The notes under the pieces were generated by a model. It was not told the origin of the DNA. It was given only the letters and a program-made list of their open reading frames with translations, and made no database searches. The translations under genes and the position numbers were made by a program. A stretch of DNA of 64,000 nucleotides from Haliotis rufescens (Eukaryota): contig NW_025964013.1 of assembly GCF_023055435.1 (NCBI RefSeq), positions 3,534,001-3,598,000 of the forward strand, given 5' to 3'. Below, piece by piece: positions 1 to 13,600 of the stretch; positions within the stretch are counted from its first letter, which is position 1; each line of letters begins with the position of its first letter.

Positions 1-754
1 GTATTGTTCACTAAGCAGGAAATATTTTTGTTTCAAAAACATCACTCGATCTGTAATGAAATCAGTTATGAATCCACGTTACTAAGTAGGGAAAGATCGC
101 AACTTGAGAGGGACACATATGGATGACAAGTTACCAACAAACCGACAAGACAGAAGGGGGTCCGGCCATGTTTGAGAACTAAAACATGGTGAACATTAGC
201 ATGTATTATTTTATTTTTTTTCTCATTTCATTTATTTAAAGAGCAAACCTCGACGTGTTCCAGTCTGTTTTACCATGAAATATACACATTCATGTAAATA
301 TATGAAGTAATCAACGCCAGAGAATAACTATTCTCGATCGGCAGAACAGAATGGGTTGCCATTGGGCGTAAACGCAAAATAGCGGTAAAAGTAAACTACT
401 TCACTCTGCCGAATGTTAAGCTGCGTTGTATAATATTGCATTGATGCATTATCCGTTTATGTTTTCGGACAAATGTATGCAAACATCATCCAACCATAAA
501 TATTGACATATTAATGATGTGTTTAGTATTACAATAGTACCATGAAATTATGTAAACACATGTATACAGTTGACACTGCAACATTTACCTCGAATAAATT
601 ATCTGCTTGCTATCAAATACAAGAGGACATGTTGTTTCCTCATAGATAAGGGACTTTTTCTAAGATACGGGACCTTTCTTCACTTGTACTACGCTAGCCT
701 GCGCTATCAGCTGGGATTTTTATTGTCATAGCCAGTCATGAACTGGTGTCAGTA

Positions 755-800
755 ACGAAGCAGGAAACTGAGTCACATTATCTGTACGATACACGTGAGT
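755..800 (+). promoter_or_regulatory. Putative promoter-proximal ETS/AP-1 composite and E-box
   Basis: CAGGAAA-C-TGAGTCA (761-775) and CACGTG just upstream of the ATG. Present in all three exon-1 copies, but those are recent duplicates, so this is weak support. Confidence 0.35.
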
Positions 801-838
801 GTGGAGTGTCAGTATTTACACAGCGTCGCGTATGAAGG

Positions 839-3800
839 ATGGCTTCTGTGTTCGTCTCCCCTGTAAAACCTGGCAGATTTGTGTTATTGGTATTGATACT
901 GATGAACCCGAGCCACACACACAGTACTACCACCAATACTATCACAGGTGAGAAACAGTTTTCATATTGTGGGTTGTCTCGTCTTGTGTATGAATGAGCA
1001 CTTGTAGAGGTGCGGGTGCAGGTGTATTTATTAGGTTTCCTACTTAGATTTAGTACTTTGATGTGGATTTGTATTGGAGTTACATGCGATTTCGATAATT
1101 CACTCTGTTTTAAGAAAATGATTATTGAGCATGACAGTGTGTATACATATATTGTTCTAGCAGAATAATTTTCGCATCTTCAAGTGCCATTTTCTACAAT
1201 TTATGGCATGGCTACTAATGTTAGTTTATAAGTATGTTGACCCTTAATTATATAAAACATCAACGCCAGAGAATAACCAGTCTCGATTATCCGACGAAAC
1301 AGATTCCATTGTGCGTGGACGGCAAAATAGCAATGAAAAGTGTATGAGTCTCTGAAACTGTGAATAAATTAACTGAGTCATGGATATCACATAATAAAAC
1401 ATATTCAAATGTATTGGTAAAATATGTATTTCACGTAACTAAAAAGATCCCATGCATTCCTGATCCAAATCAGAATCCATTGCTACTTATAAACAGATAC
1501 TTTTCAATATAGGATATTATATAGTTTTGAATATGATCCTTGGTCTATCAGCACTATTTCCGTGATTGTCGTTATTATTTTTAAAATGTCAAAACGTCGA
1601 CGACGGTCGTCAATATGGCGCAAAATTGTGAAAAGTAGCAGCTTTTGTCATTCGCGTCATAACATGTGGTAGACTAGACGAAACTGCATATCTTTAGTAT
1701 TATATATATAAGGATGTTTGGCCCTCATTCTATGAAGGTTCATACTCCAATGAACTCATACAACTTATAAATGTTTTTCACATTTTGTTTTCCTCAAAGG
1801 ATTTAGGCCTAGATTTAAACACAATTTTATTAAGTATGTGTGACATCATGTTTACACTGACAGCCATACAACAACCAGCCGTATCGCGGAATAAAATAAT
1901 TCCTCAAAACAGAGGTGGCATAAGCGTATGTTTGCATAACTTACTCTTCAGAAACATGGATTCACATAATATCACCATTAGATAAGGAAGGTCTGTCAAA
2001 AACTACCTCAGTAAGTCAGTCACAATGACAGCGCGTTGTACGCCGACACAATACACGTGATGGGAGCGATTTCGGAAGTTCTTAATGAACATGTGGCGGT
2101 TACATGTTTCAGTCATCAGTGATCAATTGGCCGATCATTGAAGGGCGATTAAAGATGATCCAAGTATACACTAAGTTCAATTCATAGATTGCTGTGGACT
2201 GTCACTGTCAACGTGGCCACGGATTGAGTCCACTACGATAGTTTGGATGTGAATTTCCTCGTTTTGTTCACTAGCATGGGTCATAGCAAGGCTAATAGTG
2301 AACGATCATGCAGTCAAGCTCTCTGACTTTTCTCAATGTATGCTAAAACGCTGAGTTCAAGATTAAAGGTCTAAATGATCAGTGAGAACGCTTCTGTATG
2401 TATTCGTGCTAGGGAATTCCCAGGGGTTTCCCCGGGAATGTGGAAGCAGTCCGTCAGTGTTTACGTCATTTAAAAAACACGATTTAGTCCATACACTTAT
2501 GAACGCCAATTTCGCGGTCATGTGACCGACCTTACATCCTAAGGAAAAGCTATACACCATGTAAACTTCAAATTAAAAAAATATATTATATATATGTCTT
2601 ATATATTGTAGTTACAGGCACAATCGATTTCACATTACAAGGATCTTCAACAAAGACTACAAAATACACGACAAGTCCAAATTACAAAAACGGTAATACT
2701 TTCACTATCTGTTGGGAAAAATTGTGTTTTTGTCCTATTGTAAAGTTATTAGAGTGCATATTACATCTGGACATTACATCTGTAAAATATATATCAAGCA
2801 CAAAGATTTCGGATCTAACTGAGACTTTTATATGATTTTGTTATCACATATTCAAATCTTCGTGTAATATATTGATCATATACTTAAGACTGAGTTTTAT
2901 CAAGTTCAGAAAAGCTATATTTTTATTGCAGTGAACAAAACACCAGATATTTCACCGTGGTGAACACAAATGTGATATTTCACTTTTGTTTTTATTGTTA
3001 TTCTCTTGAAAATGTTTCTTTATAAACTGTATTTGTTTCATTTCACTCGTAAATCGAGACTGTTCGTTTTGCAATACGCTATTTTAGTGACTTGATCAGC
3101 GTGTATTCTTTCACTTCTAACAGCGGTTTCGTAGATTTTTAGTATAGTTTCTGTTGAAGTTTATTTTGTATATAATCATATCCAAATGCATGATAAAGAA
3201 TTGTATTGACAACAAATGTTGTTTGTAACTTTTCTTTATATTTGTTAAGATTTTGTAAACAATGAACTACTTTTTAAGTTGCAATTATGTTGTACTAATT
3301 ACATAATTGTTTCTCCTCAGACAACTTAACGTTTGAATCGTCCTGTGCTGCTCTCAATTGGTCGGCAGCGGTGACAGACTGCATCAACAAGGGAGCCGCG
3401 ATATTCTCTTTAGAAGATTTAATTACATCCATCGGCAGCCATGTGTTGAAGAAGGCTACTGCTGAACACACCAAGATATGGATAAACATAAATGGTAATG
3501 TTGTGAACCTTGATCACCCATCACTGCTTTTACTGAACCTTACTCTCCCTCACTTCAAGCTTATGACATGAGCTGCAGTTCTACAATGTTGATTGCTACC
3601 CAGACAGAACAGCGAAACAGATTGACATTCAACTGACAATGGTTAATTATTGTTGAAAACATCCAATTGTTATAAACATATATTATAATGGATGAACATC
3701 CACTGAATAATATTCTTAACCTAACAGATACCTGCTGGACAGCTGACAATTGGTCATTCCAGGTCACCAACTGTAGTGACTCCAACTATTATGTCTGCAA

Positions 3801-6800
3801 ATCGAACACAAGTACCAGTAAGTATCTATGCCAGAGTGTATCTATTGACATCATAAATACTAGTACACAGGCAAGGGCGTATGGCAGTGAGTCGATTAGT
3901 GTGCCCTTCTGTGTAAACAGCCTGCCATGGACTCAAAGTGTTCGTATAAATATACTCCAAGCTCAAATATGATGAGGATAACCTTGTCATCAACTCTCAT
4001 GTTTACGAGGGTTGGACACGATCAGTGATATATGCATCTTGTCAAATGTGAAAGATGAGACAAAAGGCACGGTTAACACATTGATATATTGACATGTTTT
4101 TCGGCTGGCGTTACGTTACACAGCTCGACTTGACTAGTTACGTATGTTAAATGGGTAACACTTCTGATGTAAGTTAATGGTACTATTTATGAGAAATAAG
4201 TTATGTGTATTTAAAACAGATTGTCGCGCTTTCTACATAATTTGTATCTTACATTGACAGGTTCTGATAGGTACGTACCTTGTCGAAAAGAAACCACAGA
4301 TGCTTCCACGCAAGGTACATATCATGTATACAATTGTAGTTCCTCCATATCCAACCGGTGTTATGTATTTTATGTAAAATGTACATTGATAGGCAGAAAC
4401 AAATATTACTTAGCGATATGTATTTTGCATTGATATACACATTAACGCCTCAATTTTCGCGAAACAGTATTTCAATCGGGTAAATAATGAAATATTCCAA
4501 GGCATGTAAGAATATATCAGTAATATATTTTTGTAAACATGGATTACCATTTACCTATTTTATCCTTGACAAGTACAAGTCTACCTATCTGTTGTACTTG
4601 AACGTTGTATCCACACAGGATCTACAACATCAACACCACAGATTCTAACCATAACCCAGGGATCAAACACAAAAGGTAATCCACATGACTGTAAAACTGT
4701 GTAATGGTACATTGTGCGCTTTATCATCGTGTAATCATAGTTTAGGTAGTGTGAATTACTGACAACATTATTTACTTAATACTTAAATTCCTTACTTATA
4801 AAATGGTAAATATGGAGCAGCAAATTTATTCACTGACATATAGTCATAGTCTCACTTGAACATATTACCATCAAGGGAATAGTCCTTCAATCACGTATAC
4901 AGTTGTTAATATCGACCTAGGGGTGGTCGAGTAACCTCGTGGTTAAAGCGTTCGCCCGTCACGTCGAAGACCCGGGTTCGATTCTAGACATGGGCACAAC
5001 GTGTGAAGCCCATTTCTGGTGTCCCCCACCGTAATGTTGCTGGAATATTGCTAAAAGCGGCGTAAAACCATACTCACTCACTAATATCAACCTGTGTGTT
5101 GTCCTCTACATAACGGGGCCACTGTTGGCCCATTTGTCTGAGACGCTGTAATTCGCTGTTGCGTCCCGTGAGCACGCCAGACGCAAATGATTGTGGGTTC
5201 GAATTCCGGTTCGCCCCGATTATCTTTTTAGGTTTGTCAGCACCATCCCCGTGCTCGTGGGTTACACCAAAGTGGTAAACGTTTGATACCTGCATCATTT
5301 GTGCTTATCTCCCACGTGAAGCTGAGACGCCCTGATGTAGCTGGAATATTGTTCAAAGCGACGTTAAACCCCTCTCACTCAGTGACTCATTCTCCATGGT
5401 GACATCTATATTGATATGCAGTAACGAAAATTAATAGGCGATAATTTGTTTCGTTTTGATAAATATACATAAACAGACATATGAACATTTACGCCTCTAT
5501 TTTCGTGAAACAATTTTCAATAACGTAAATGATTAAATACTCCAAGTCGCGAAAGAATATATCAGTAATTTATCAATCACAAACATGGATAACAAATTAC
5601 CTACTTTCTCCTGGTCAAGTACATATATACCACCTGAAGAAGGGGCAAGAAGTAGCATCGAAACGCAATATATACATGGGTAGAGATTACAGACGTTGAT
5701 ACCCAAAGCCATTGCGTCTCCTTGTACTTCAACCTATTCATGACGGTCAAGACCTTATTTTTGCCAATATAATTAAACGCACATATGACAGGACGGGTAT
5801 ATGGCAGCATATATTAGTATGTTTGTACTTGTACGTTGTAATACACACAGGATCTACACCACCGAGTCTAACCATAGGCCCTGGAGCAAACACAAACGGT
5901 ATTTTTTATGACTGTAAAAGTGTATGATTGTTCATTGTGTGTATTATCATGATTTAGTTATGCATTGATTTGGATGTTAAAATGGTATGTTGCTCACCAC
6001 ATATGCCACGCATGACCAACTCGGTGTAACAAACATAAATCTACGTGTTTACATTTGCATGTTTGACATCGTATGTATTCCGCGCTTATTATGTGAATAT
6101 GTTGAGTGAATGCCCAATATGTATGATGTATGCTGTTGAAAAGGTTTTATTTTGGACTCGTAGATTGAAAACAGTTTTCACAGCATTTTAATTTGCCTTA
6201 CGTCAGACTTAACTCCCATTCTTAATTGAAGGTAAATCGAACATGTGATAGCCTCCAATGAAGAGTTCCATTGTATCGGGAGGACTTACAGAACTACTGC
6301 AATACCAATCAGATTCTGAAAAAAAATAATATATTTTCTGTCAAGATGTCATCGATGCATGCTATCTTTAATGATATATATATATTATTCATTTCTGCTC
6401 ACAGTTCCAATCATCCCCTCGATCGTATGTACGATAGCGGTTCTTGCTGCTGTGAGCATTGTTCTTGGGTGTTACTTAATCCAAAGGTAGGAACAGTAAC
6501 TAGTATTGTTTACAATATGATGATTCGTGCAAGTTGTTCTTCCTAGTAAGTGGATGGTACAATTGTGACAAGATCGCTGTCAGACGAATTCATTATACAG
6601 TTTAATTCAAAATGTCAACGCTAGAGAATAATCAGTCTAGACTATCTACCGAAACAGTTTCCATTAAGAGTAAAAGGCAAACTTCTGATTACACTAATAT
6701 GAAAGTCAGTGATGACTGGTACATGTAGGAATGTCCTGCTCTTAGACACACTCCAATGAACAATATTAGTCAGCTAACCCAGCATGCTGTTGAGGATTCC

Positions 6801-7341
6801 GGGTTAGGAACGGTTACCCAGCAACCTGTGGCTGTTTTAAAAGGCGACTTAATTGATTGGGTTGGTCAGGCTCGGTGAGTTTGTAGAAAGTTGTTCATCG
6901 TCCCCCGACCTTTGCTCATAATATCAATCATTGGATTGNNNNNNNNNNNNNNNNNNNNNNNNNNNNNNNNNNNNNNNNNNNNNNNNNNNNNNNNNNNNNN
7001 NNNNNNNNNNNNNNNNNNNNNNNNNNNNNNNNNNNNNNNNNNNNNNNNNNNNNNNNNNNNNNNNNNNNNNNNNNNNNNNNNNNNNNNNNNNNNNNNNNNN
7101 NNNNATCTAGCCTGTCGTCATCAATTGAAAATCCATTTGACCATTGATGGACTATATTTTCAGGAGGAAAACAGGGTCATCGAGAAATCAGGTGAATGTC
7201 GCAAGTGAAGGACAACCGGAAGTGGATTATTACTGTCACCTACAAGCTCGAGATGCTTCAGAAATGAACAATTATGCTACACTTAATGAACCTGAAAACA
7301 ACGAAAGGGCACCTGCAAACCAGTCGGAACAGAATGATTAA
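839..7341 (+). CDS. CTLD receptor 1: type I TM protein (signal peptide, S/T linker, compact C-type lectin domain, S/T stalk, TM, ITAM-like tail), about 290 aa
   Basis: Nine GT-AG exons in continuous frame: 839-947 (MASVFVSPVKPGRFVLLVLILMNPSHTHS...), 2612-2692, 3321-3494 (LNWSAAVTDCINKGAAIFSLED...IWINING), 3728-3817 (TCWTADNWSFQVTNCSDSNYYVCK), 4261-4314, 4619-4675, 5851-5898, TM 6405-6486 (VPIIPSIVCTIAVLAAVSIVLGCYLIQR), tail 7164-7341. Total 873 nt. AATAAA at about 7575. The N-gap at 6939-7104 lies in the last intron. Confidence 0.85.
2412..2432. promoter_or_regulatory. Tandem NF-kB-consensus sites in intron 1
   Basis: GGGAATTCCC followed by GGGGTTTCCC. Confidence 0.35.
4920..5080 (+). mobile_element. 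SINE family 1 (tRNA-derived head, ACTC tail)
   Basis: A box GTAACCTCGTGGTTAAAGC, B box GGTTCGATTC, tail GCTGGAATATTGCTAAAAGCGGCGTAAAAC-(ACTC)n. Confidence 0.85.
5113..5390 (+). mobile_element. SINE family 2 (extended tRNA-like head)
   Basis: Matches the copies at 44761 and 57180: ...GTGGGTTCGAATTCCGGTTCGCCCCGATTAT...AAGCTGA...GTTAAACCC-(ACTC)n. Confidence 0.8.
6939..7104. other. Assembly gap
   Basis: Run of N. Confidence 0.99.
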
Positions 7342-8134
7342 TTACACGAATCCTAAAACTGCTAATCACAACTGTAATGTATGAATTCTGCAGAGACCAT
7401 TGCCAATACCTACACAAGCTTAGGATGCAAATGCAGGATCTACACAGTTCGTGTCTACTGTTCTTCAGAGTCTGGTGTTCATTCTTTTTCACCGGTACAT
7501 ACATGCATGATACGTTACTATAGGATTACATATCCTTGTTTTTATTCTTTAATATCTTGCTCTGAACGCTATTCAATAAAACATTAATTTTAAACTAGTT
7601 GTGATTTGAGGAATCTATATGAGGAAATATAAATTCCACAAGTGATGAAAGTAACACAAAAATAGATGAATATTTGATTGCTGAGTTATATAAAATATAA
7701 AACCAGACGTAATTTAGCAGTCATGTATTCCGGCCAAAGTGTTAGTCATTATTTCCTGTTTCAGTTTAATGGTCAACTTTGTTCGAAAGCTGTGAAGATT
7801 CAAAGGTTATTTAATTTGAACATGTTGTTATACAGGGAAATGTTTTTCTTTCGCCAGTTTGAAGCAACGAAACTGTGCTCCCCAGGACGATCATTCAAAT
7901 ACTGTGACTGAGTTTAGGTTATCAAATACACGTTCTCGCAATCCATACCAGCCGTTCAATTCGTTAGCTTTGTATAACCCTGTTTGTGTGGGTATGCGAC
8001 ATGTTAATGGTGTGATACAAGTTTGATTTTCTCTTATATTCAGGATACATCTATACAAACATAGAATATTGTGAACTATGGGCCTGAGGTTTCTACTCAC
8101 TAAATTATTGTCACCCAGCCCTGCTACTGAGACC

Positions 8135-8298
8135 AGGCGGAGGTCTGATAGCCTAGTGGTTAAAGCGCTCGCTCGTTACGCCGAAGATCCGGATTCGATT
8201 CCCGACATTTTTATAATGTGTAAAGTCCATTTCTGGTGTCCCCCGCCGTGATATTGCTGGAATATTGCTAACTGCGGCGTAAAACCATACTCACTCAC
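8135..8298 (+). mobile_element. SINE family 1
   Basis: Matches the family consensus. Flanking repeat CTGAGACCAGG. Confidence 0.85.
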
Positions 8299-8386
8299 CC
8301 CTGAGACCAGGGTGTCACTATAAGAATAAAACAATAATGGAGAACGTGGTAAATGCCTTATTCTTATCAGCTAAAGGTATCTACAG

Positions 8387-8655
8387 AGTGAGTGAGTGAG
8401 TTGAGTTTAACGCCGCTTTTAACAGTATTCCAGTTATATCGCGGCGCGTCAGCTTAGTGTGGGGGAAAGCCCGAAGTGATGCAGGTCTGAGACCTTTACC
8501 ACTTCGGTGAAACCCACGAGCACGGGGATGGTGCTGACAAACCTAAAAGCATAATCGGGGCGAACCGGAATTCGAACCCACAATCATAAGTTTCTGGCGT
8601 TCCCACGGGACGCGACTCTGCACAGCAAATTGAGGCGCTTTAGACGACTGGGCCA
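8387..8655 (-). mobile_element. SINE family 2
   Basis: Reverse complement of the family consensus. Confidence 0.85.
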
Positions 8656-8849
8656 TCGAAAGATAGACATCGACATAGACATAGTTTATTCCATAACTAA
8701 CCACTTACAGTGGTATAAGGACATCAATGCAAGAAAGTCATTTGATTACCAGAGGACACTCGTATGAGTGTGAGTATGATAATATACACCATTTAACTAT
8801 ACAGGAGACAAATCTGCCGAGGTTTCTTAACACTGAGTCTTTAGGAGCA

Positions 8850-9019
8850 GGGGCGGTCGGGTAGCCTAGTGGTTAAAGCGTTCGCTCGTCACGCCGAAGA
8901 CCCGGGTTCGATTCCCGAAATGGGTACAATGTGTGAAGCTCATTTCTGGTGTCCCCCGCCGTGATATTGCTGGAATATTGCTAAAAGCGGCGTACAAACA
9001 TACTCACTCACTCACTCAC
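8850..9019 (+). mobile_element. SINE family 1
   Basis: Near-consensus copy with TSD CTTTAGGAGCAG. Confidence 0.9.
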
Positions 9020-9818
9020 TTTAGGAGCAGAAAAAAGTTTTTGAAGTTTATGATATTTAGGCTTGACATAATAGTACTTTTTAGGAAAGCGCTGACGATC
9101 AGTTTCAAAATGTGTACACTCAAACAAGTAGTGAAACCTAAAGGCTCAAGACCAAAATGACACTGACCAAGATCACTGATTAATATAAGTCATGAGCAAA
9201 TATACAAGCTGATTAGCTGATCAACTGTGTAACAGCTATTACCAAACACTCTGACCAGAAAGCCGCATAGACGGCCAATTAAACCGGCTGTATCCAATTA
9301 ACACCTGGGAGTAAATTAACTCAAATATCGGTTCACTTGTCAGACATCCAATTTGTCAGACGATCCAGTTGTCAGACAGATCAGTCAGGTGTGACCAGTG
9401 TAACTGCCTGGCTTCACCTACTACTTAATGAGCTGCTACATACTGTAGGTAGAGTCAGCTACTCCAACTCGCTAAGTAATAACTGAGTAATCTCGGCTTG
9501 GTAAGGAAGGGTGAAATGGTAACGGAGAGCCTGTCCCTAAACTATGCCTCTTGGACAATTAAGATCAGACGAACATGCCTGATTAAAATCTCAGTAAAAG
9601 GTCGTTTGGGCTGAGCAAGAAAATTCTAGACTTGAATATACAGGATCTGGACCTACAGAGTATCTAGACTCACAACATTAAACACGTACTTCACCTAAAG
9701 AGTAACTTGACTAACAACTATAGAAAGGTACTTGAGCTAAACAAGGCGCAATCCCGGTAAGATTGGTAATTCACGAATTACTAGATAAAGGGGTATATAA
9801 TATACAAGTCATGAACTT

Positions 9819-10604
9819 TTGTCACAGTTGAAATCCCTCGCCGAGGATGTGAAAGTGATTAGATCGGAATCAACAAAAATAAATGCTACACTACTTAATA
9901 TTCAAACTGATATCAGTGACATTAAATCCAGACAAGAAATATTACGTATAGATGTTGATGATATTGCAGATAGACTTGAGGCTCTGGAATACACTACTGC
10001 CTCGGTGAAGGAGAATATTGAGACTGTCTCTGTGATCGATGAGAAAATTGGTGTAATAGAAGATGCAATTGATAAACAGGAACAATACAGCAGACGCAAT
10101 AATGTTATCTTGTATGGTCTGTCTGAAAAACCCCGCGAAACTACCAACGCATGTAAGAATTATGTGTGTGATGTGTTAAATGCCTGTGCGAGTGAAGATG
10201 AAAACTCTAATCCTATCGGCGCCGATAGTATTATTGCTGCACACAGATTGGGTAACAAGAGTGGAAAATCGCCCAAACCGATGATAGTTAAGTTCTTATA
10301 TCCAGAAGATAAAGTATGGGCGCTTGGTCTCCGTGAAAAACTTAAGTCAAGGAAATTTGGCATATCCAGTGACTTGACGAAACGCCAGCGGGGGAAGCTG
10401 CAGGAGCTGAAGGACGCCAACAAATTCGGCTACTACAAGTATGGCAAGCTATTCGTTACAGACCGACGTCCCCCTCGTGACGACAGCAACCAGGGAAACG
10501 TGGGCTCTGATAATACAGGTAGCAGCATCGACATTGGCAACGACAGAGTGGGTAATCAGGGACGTTCTCTCCGTTCACGAGGCAAAAAGGGTAAAAAAAC
10601 ATAG
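9819..10604 (+). pseudogene. LINE ORF1 (coiled coil plus RRM-like), N-terminally truncated
   Basis: Heptad-rich region followed by EQYSRRNNVILYGLSE, AHRLG, PMIVKF and ISSDLT, which are typical ORF1p motifs. Confidence 0.85.
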
Positions 10605-10639
10605 GGGTGCGACGACAGCCCAAGCAACAACCGTGTTAT

Positions 10640-13600
10640 TGATCTCAACTTACTATTTTGGAATGTCAACGGATTGCTATCTAAACTCAATGAGTTTAAT
10701 TACATACGTACATTTACAATTATAGGATTGTGTGAAACCTGGCTAAAACCTTACGACTTTTCAAAGGAGTTCCCTGAATATGTTTACTTTAATGTTGATG
10801 CTTGTCAAATCTCCAAACAAGGTAGGCTATCCGGTGGTATTACATTGTTAATAAAAAACACACTTTCAAAATCCATTTTGTGGTCAAAAATATGTGACAA
10901 CTGTGTTTTCATTTTGCTAAAGAAATCTGTATTTAATAATGCTAAGGACACTCTTATAGGTTGTGTATACATCAATCCAGAGAATTCAAACTGGTATGTC
11001 AATAAAGCCAACAAGTGCGGCGTATCTATACTCCAGGATGCGTTAATAGATGTACTACAACAAGTGGGGGACGTCTCTATCCTCCTCGGGGGCGACTTCA
11101 ACGCCCGCACTGGGACAGATTTTGATTTTGTTGAGGACGATATAATGAGAGCTCTGCACATTGACAAGTGTCATTTTCTCTGTGAGGGTATTTGCGCACA
11201 GCGATTTTCATCCGATAAGACTGTGAACAAATTTGGGCGAATTTTGCTTAATATGTGTGCTTCTCTTAACTTGTCTATACTTAATGGTCGATGTGGATCT
11301 GATGCCAGTGTGGGAAATTTTACGTTTGTGTCCCCTACAGGCGCAAGCGTTTTTGACTATGCTATCACAACAAGTGATTTGTTTACATTGTGTAAGAATT
11401 TTAACATCGGATCTCGGATCGAGTCTCCGCACGCGCCAATCAATTGCACCTTTCAGTCACGTAACACTGAAATTGACAATGCTATGTCGGGTGAGAATGT
11501 GAAGCCCGAAGTTTGTATTAAGTATACTTGGCGTGATAACTTTGGTGATCGGTTAAGAGAAAATGTCTCATGTGATGAAAGTAAGCAATTGTTTGATGAT
11601 TGTATTACGTTAGCATTAACAGACATAAATGCAGCAATTAGTAAATTTACGGAAGCTTTGTTGAAGGCAGCAGATTTTACAAAGCGTATGATTGTTCAGC
11701 GTCAAGCCGGGGTTTGATAAAGAATGTGGTTATCACAGAAGAGAAGCCTTCCGACTACTAGATGTTTTTAATAGGAAAAAGGATAATGTTTCGTCACAAG
11801 CCTATTCACTGCAGCGTAAAACATATATGGATATCGTAAGGTGAAGAAAAGAGCTTTTAATGATTTGATTCGTGACAGACTTTCATCCAATATCAATAAT
11901 TGCAAAACATTCTGGGAAATGTTAAGAAAATACACTGGTGTTGAAGAAAGGGAATCGTCTATCCCCATTAGTGACTGGTTTTCGCATTTTAAAAATTTAT
12001 TCCAAGATATGCATACCGTCTTCTCTCGTGATATTACGAAAGATGGTGTAGATTATCCTTTTGATGATGTCACATGTTCTATCCTTGACAGCCGTATAAC
12101 TGAAGACGAGGTGTTGCAAGCTATCAATCAATTAAAAAACTGTAAGTCGCCAGGAAATGATTCTCTTATTTCTGAATTTTTCAAAGCATCAAGTGATTTA
12201 ATAGTACCATACCTAACAACCTTGTTTAACATTTTATTTGAAAATGGTTCGTTTCCCGAGTCGTGGTGTACTGGTGTTATCATACCTCTGCATAAGAAGG
12301 GCGATTACTCAAACCCCAATAACTACCGTGGTATCTCCTTGCTCAGCACTTTTTGTAAACTTTATGTATCTGTACTTAATTCAAGACTTACGTTCTGGTC
12401 TGATGCGTATGATAAAATTTGTGACTCTCAAGCTGGTTTTAGGAAAGGTTATAGTACTATTGATAATATATTTATTCTGCAGTCTGTAATCCAGCATTAT
12501 CTGTCTAAGAAGCGTGGTAAATTATATGTTCTTTTTGTTGACTTTAAAAAGGCTTTCGATTTTGTAAATAGATCTAAACTTTGGCTAGTTCTTAAATCCA
12601 GAGGTGTGTCCCCAAAAATGTTAAATGCATTAGAATCCATTAATTCCTGTGTTAAAAACTGTGTTAAGATCAGAAATTGTTTTACAGAATGTTTTGATTG
12701 CCCTCTAGGACTTCGGCAAGGCTGCGTAATGAGTCCATTCTTATTTTCTATTTTTATAAACGACTTAGCTTTGTATATAGAATCAACATGCACTCCAGGT
12801 GTACAGCTACACCCTGACACTGTACAGATTTTTCTATTGTTGTTTGCTGATGATGTTGCACTTATTGCTGATACTGTGTATGGCCTTCAAAAACGCATAA
12901 AAGCTCTGGAAAGTTTTTGTAGTAACTATCATCTAACAGTCAACTTGGATAAAACTAAGGTAGTGGTATTTAAAAACGGGGGTATTTTATCCAAATATGA
13001 AAAGTGGTATTTCAAGGGTAAAAAACTTCAGTGTGTAAGTTCTTAAAATATATCGGTACCATTCTTTCAAAAACTCTCTCCTGGTCTTTGCATGTTAATA
13101 GTGCTGCTTTACAAGCTAAAAAGGTCCTATATTTGGTGTCATTAAATCTCTAAAAATGCTTCAACCTCTTCCTTATGACTTGTTTTTCAAAGTCTTTTAT
13201 TCTAAAATATCTCCAATTCTTTTATACGGTGCCGAGATTTGGGGTGTAGATACCTACAAAGAATTAGAGCAAATCCAGATACTAGCATGTAAACGCTTTC
13301 TTGGGGTTAAACAATCTTCATCAAATCATGTGGTTCGGGGGGAATGTGGAAGGTATCCTATGTACATATGGGCTTATAAGCGTGTAGTTACTTATTGGTA
13401 CAGAATTTTACATTTGCCTGAAAATAGATTAGTTAAGAAATGTTATAGATTATTATTACTTGATGTTAATAATGGTAAGATCAACTGGGTCTCTAAAATC
13501 AAACACATTCTCTGTTCGTTTGGTTTTGGCTACATATGGGAGATGCAATTTAGTAATAATCGTAGAAGTTTTATTTCGGAATGTAAACCGTTTAAAAGCC

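Larger units (their letters stand above)
1..4860 (+). repeat. Segmental duplicate (promoter through exon 6 of CTLD receptor 1), homologous to about 16691-23820
   Basis: Co-linear, near-identical intron and exon sequence. It differs by indels around 2780-3290 versus 20840-21740 and by an insert at about 23035-23525. Confidence 0.92.

Noticed and set aside
8850-8925. tRNA-Asp-like sequence (GTC loop, A and B boxes)
   Set aside because: It is the head of a multi-copy SINE with a tail and TSD, not a tRNA gene.
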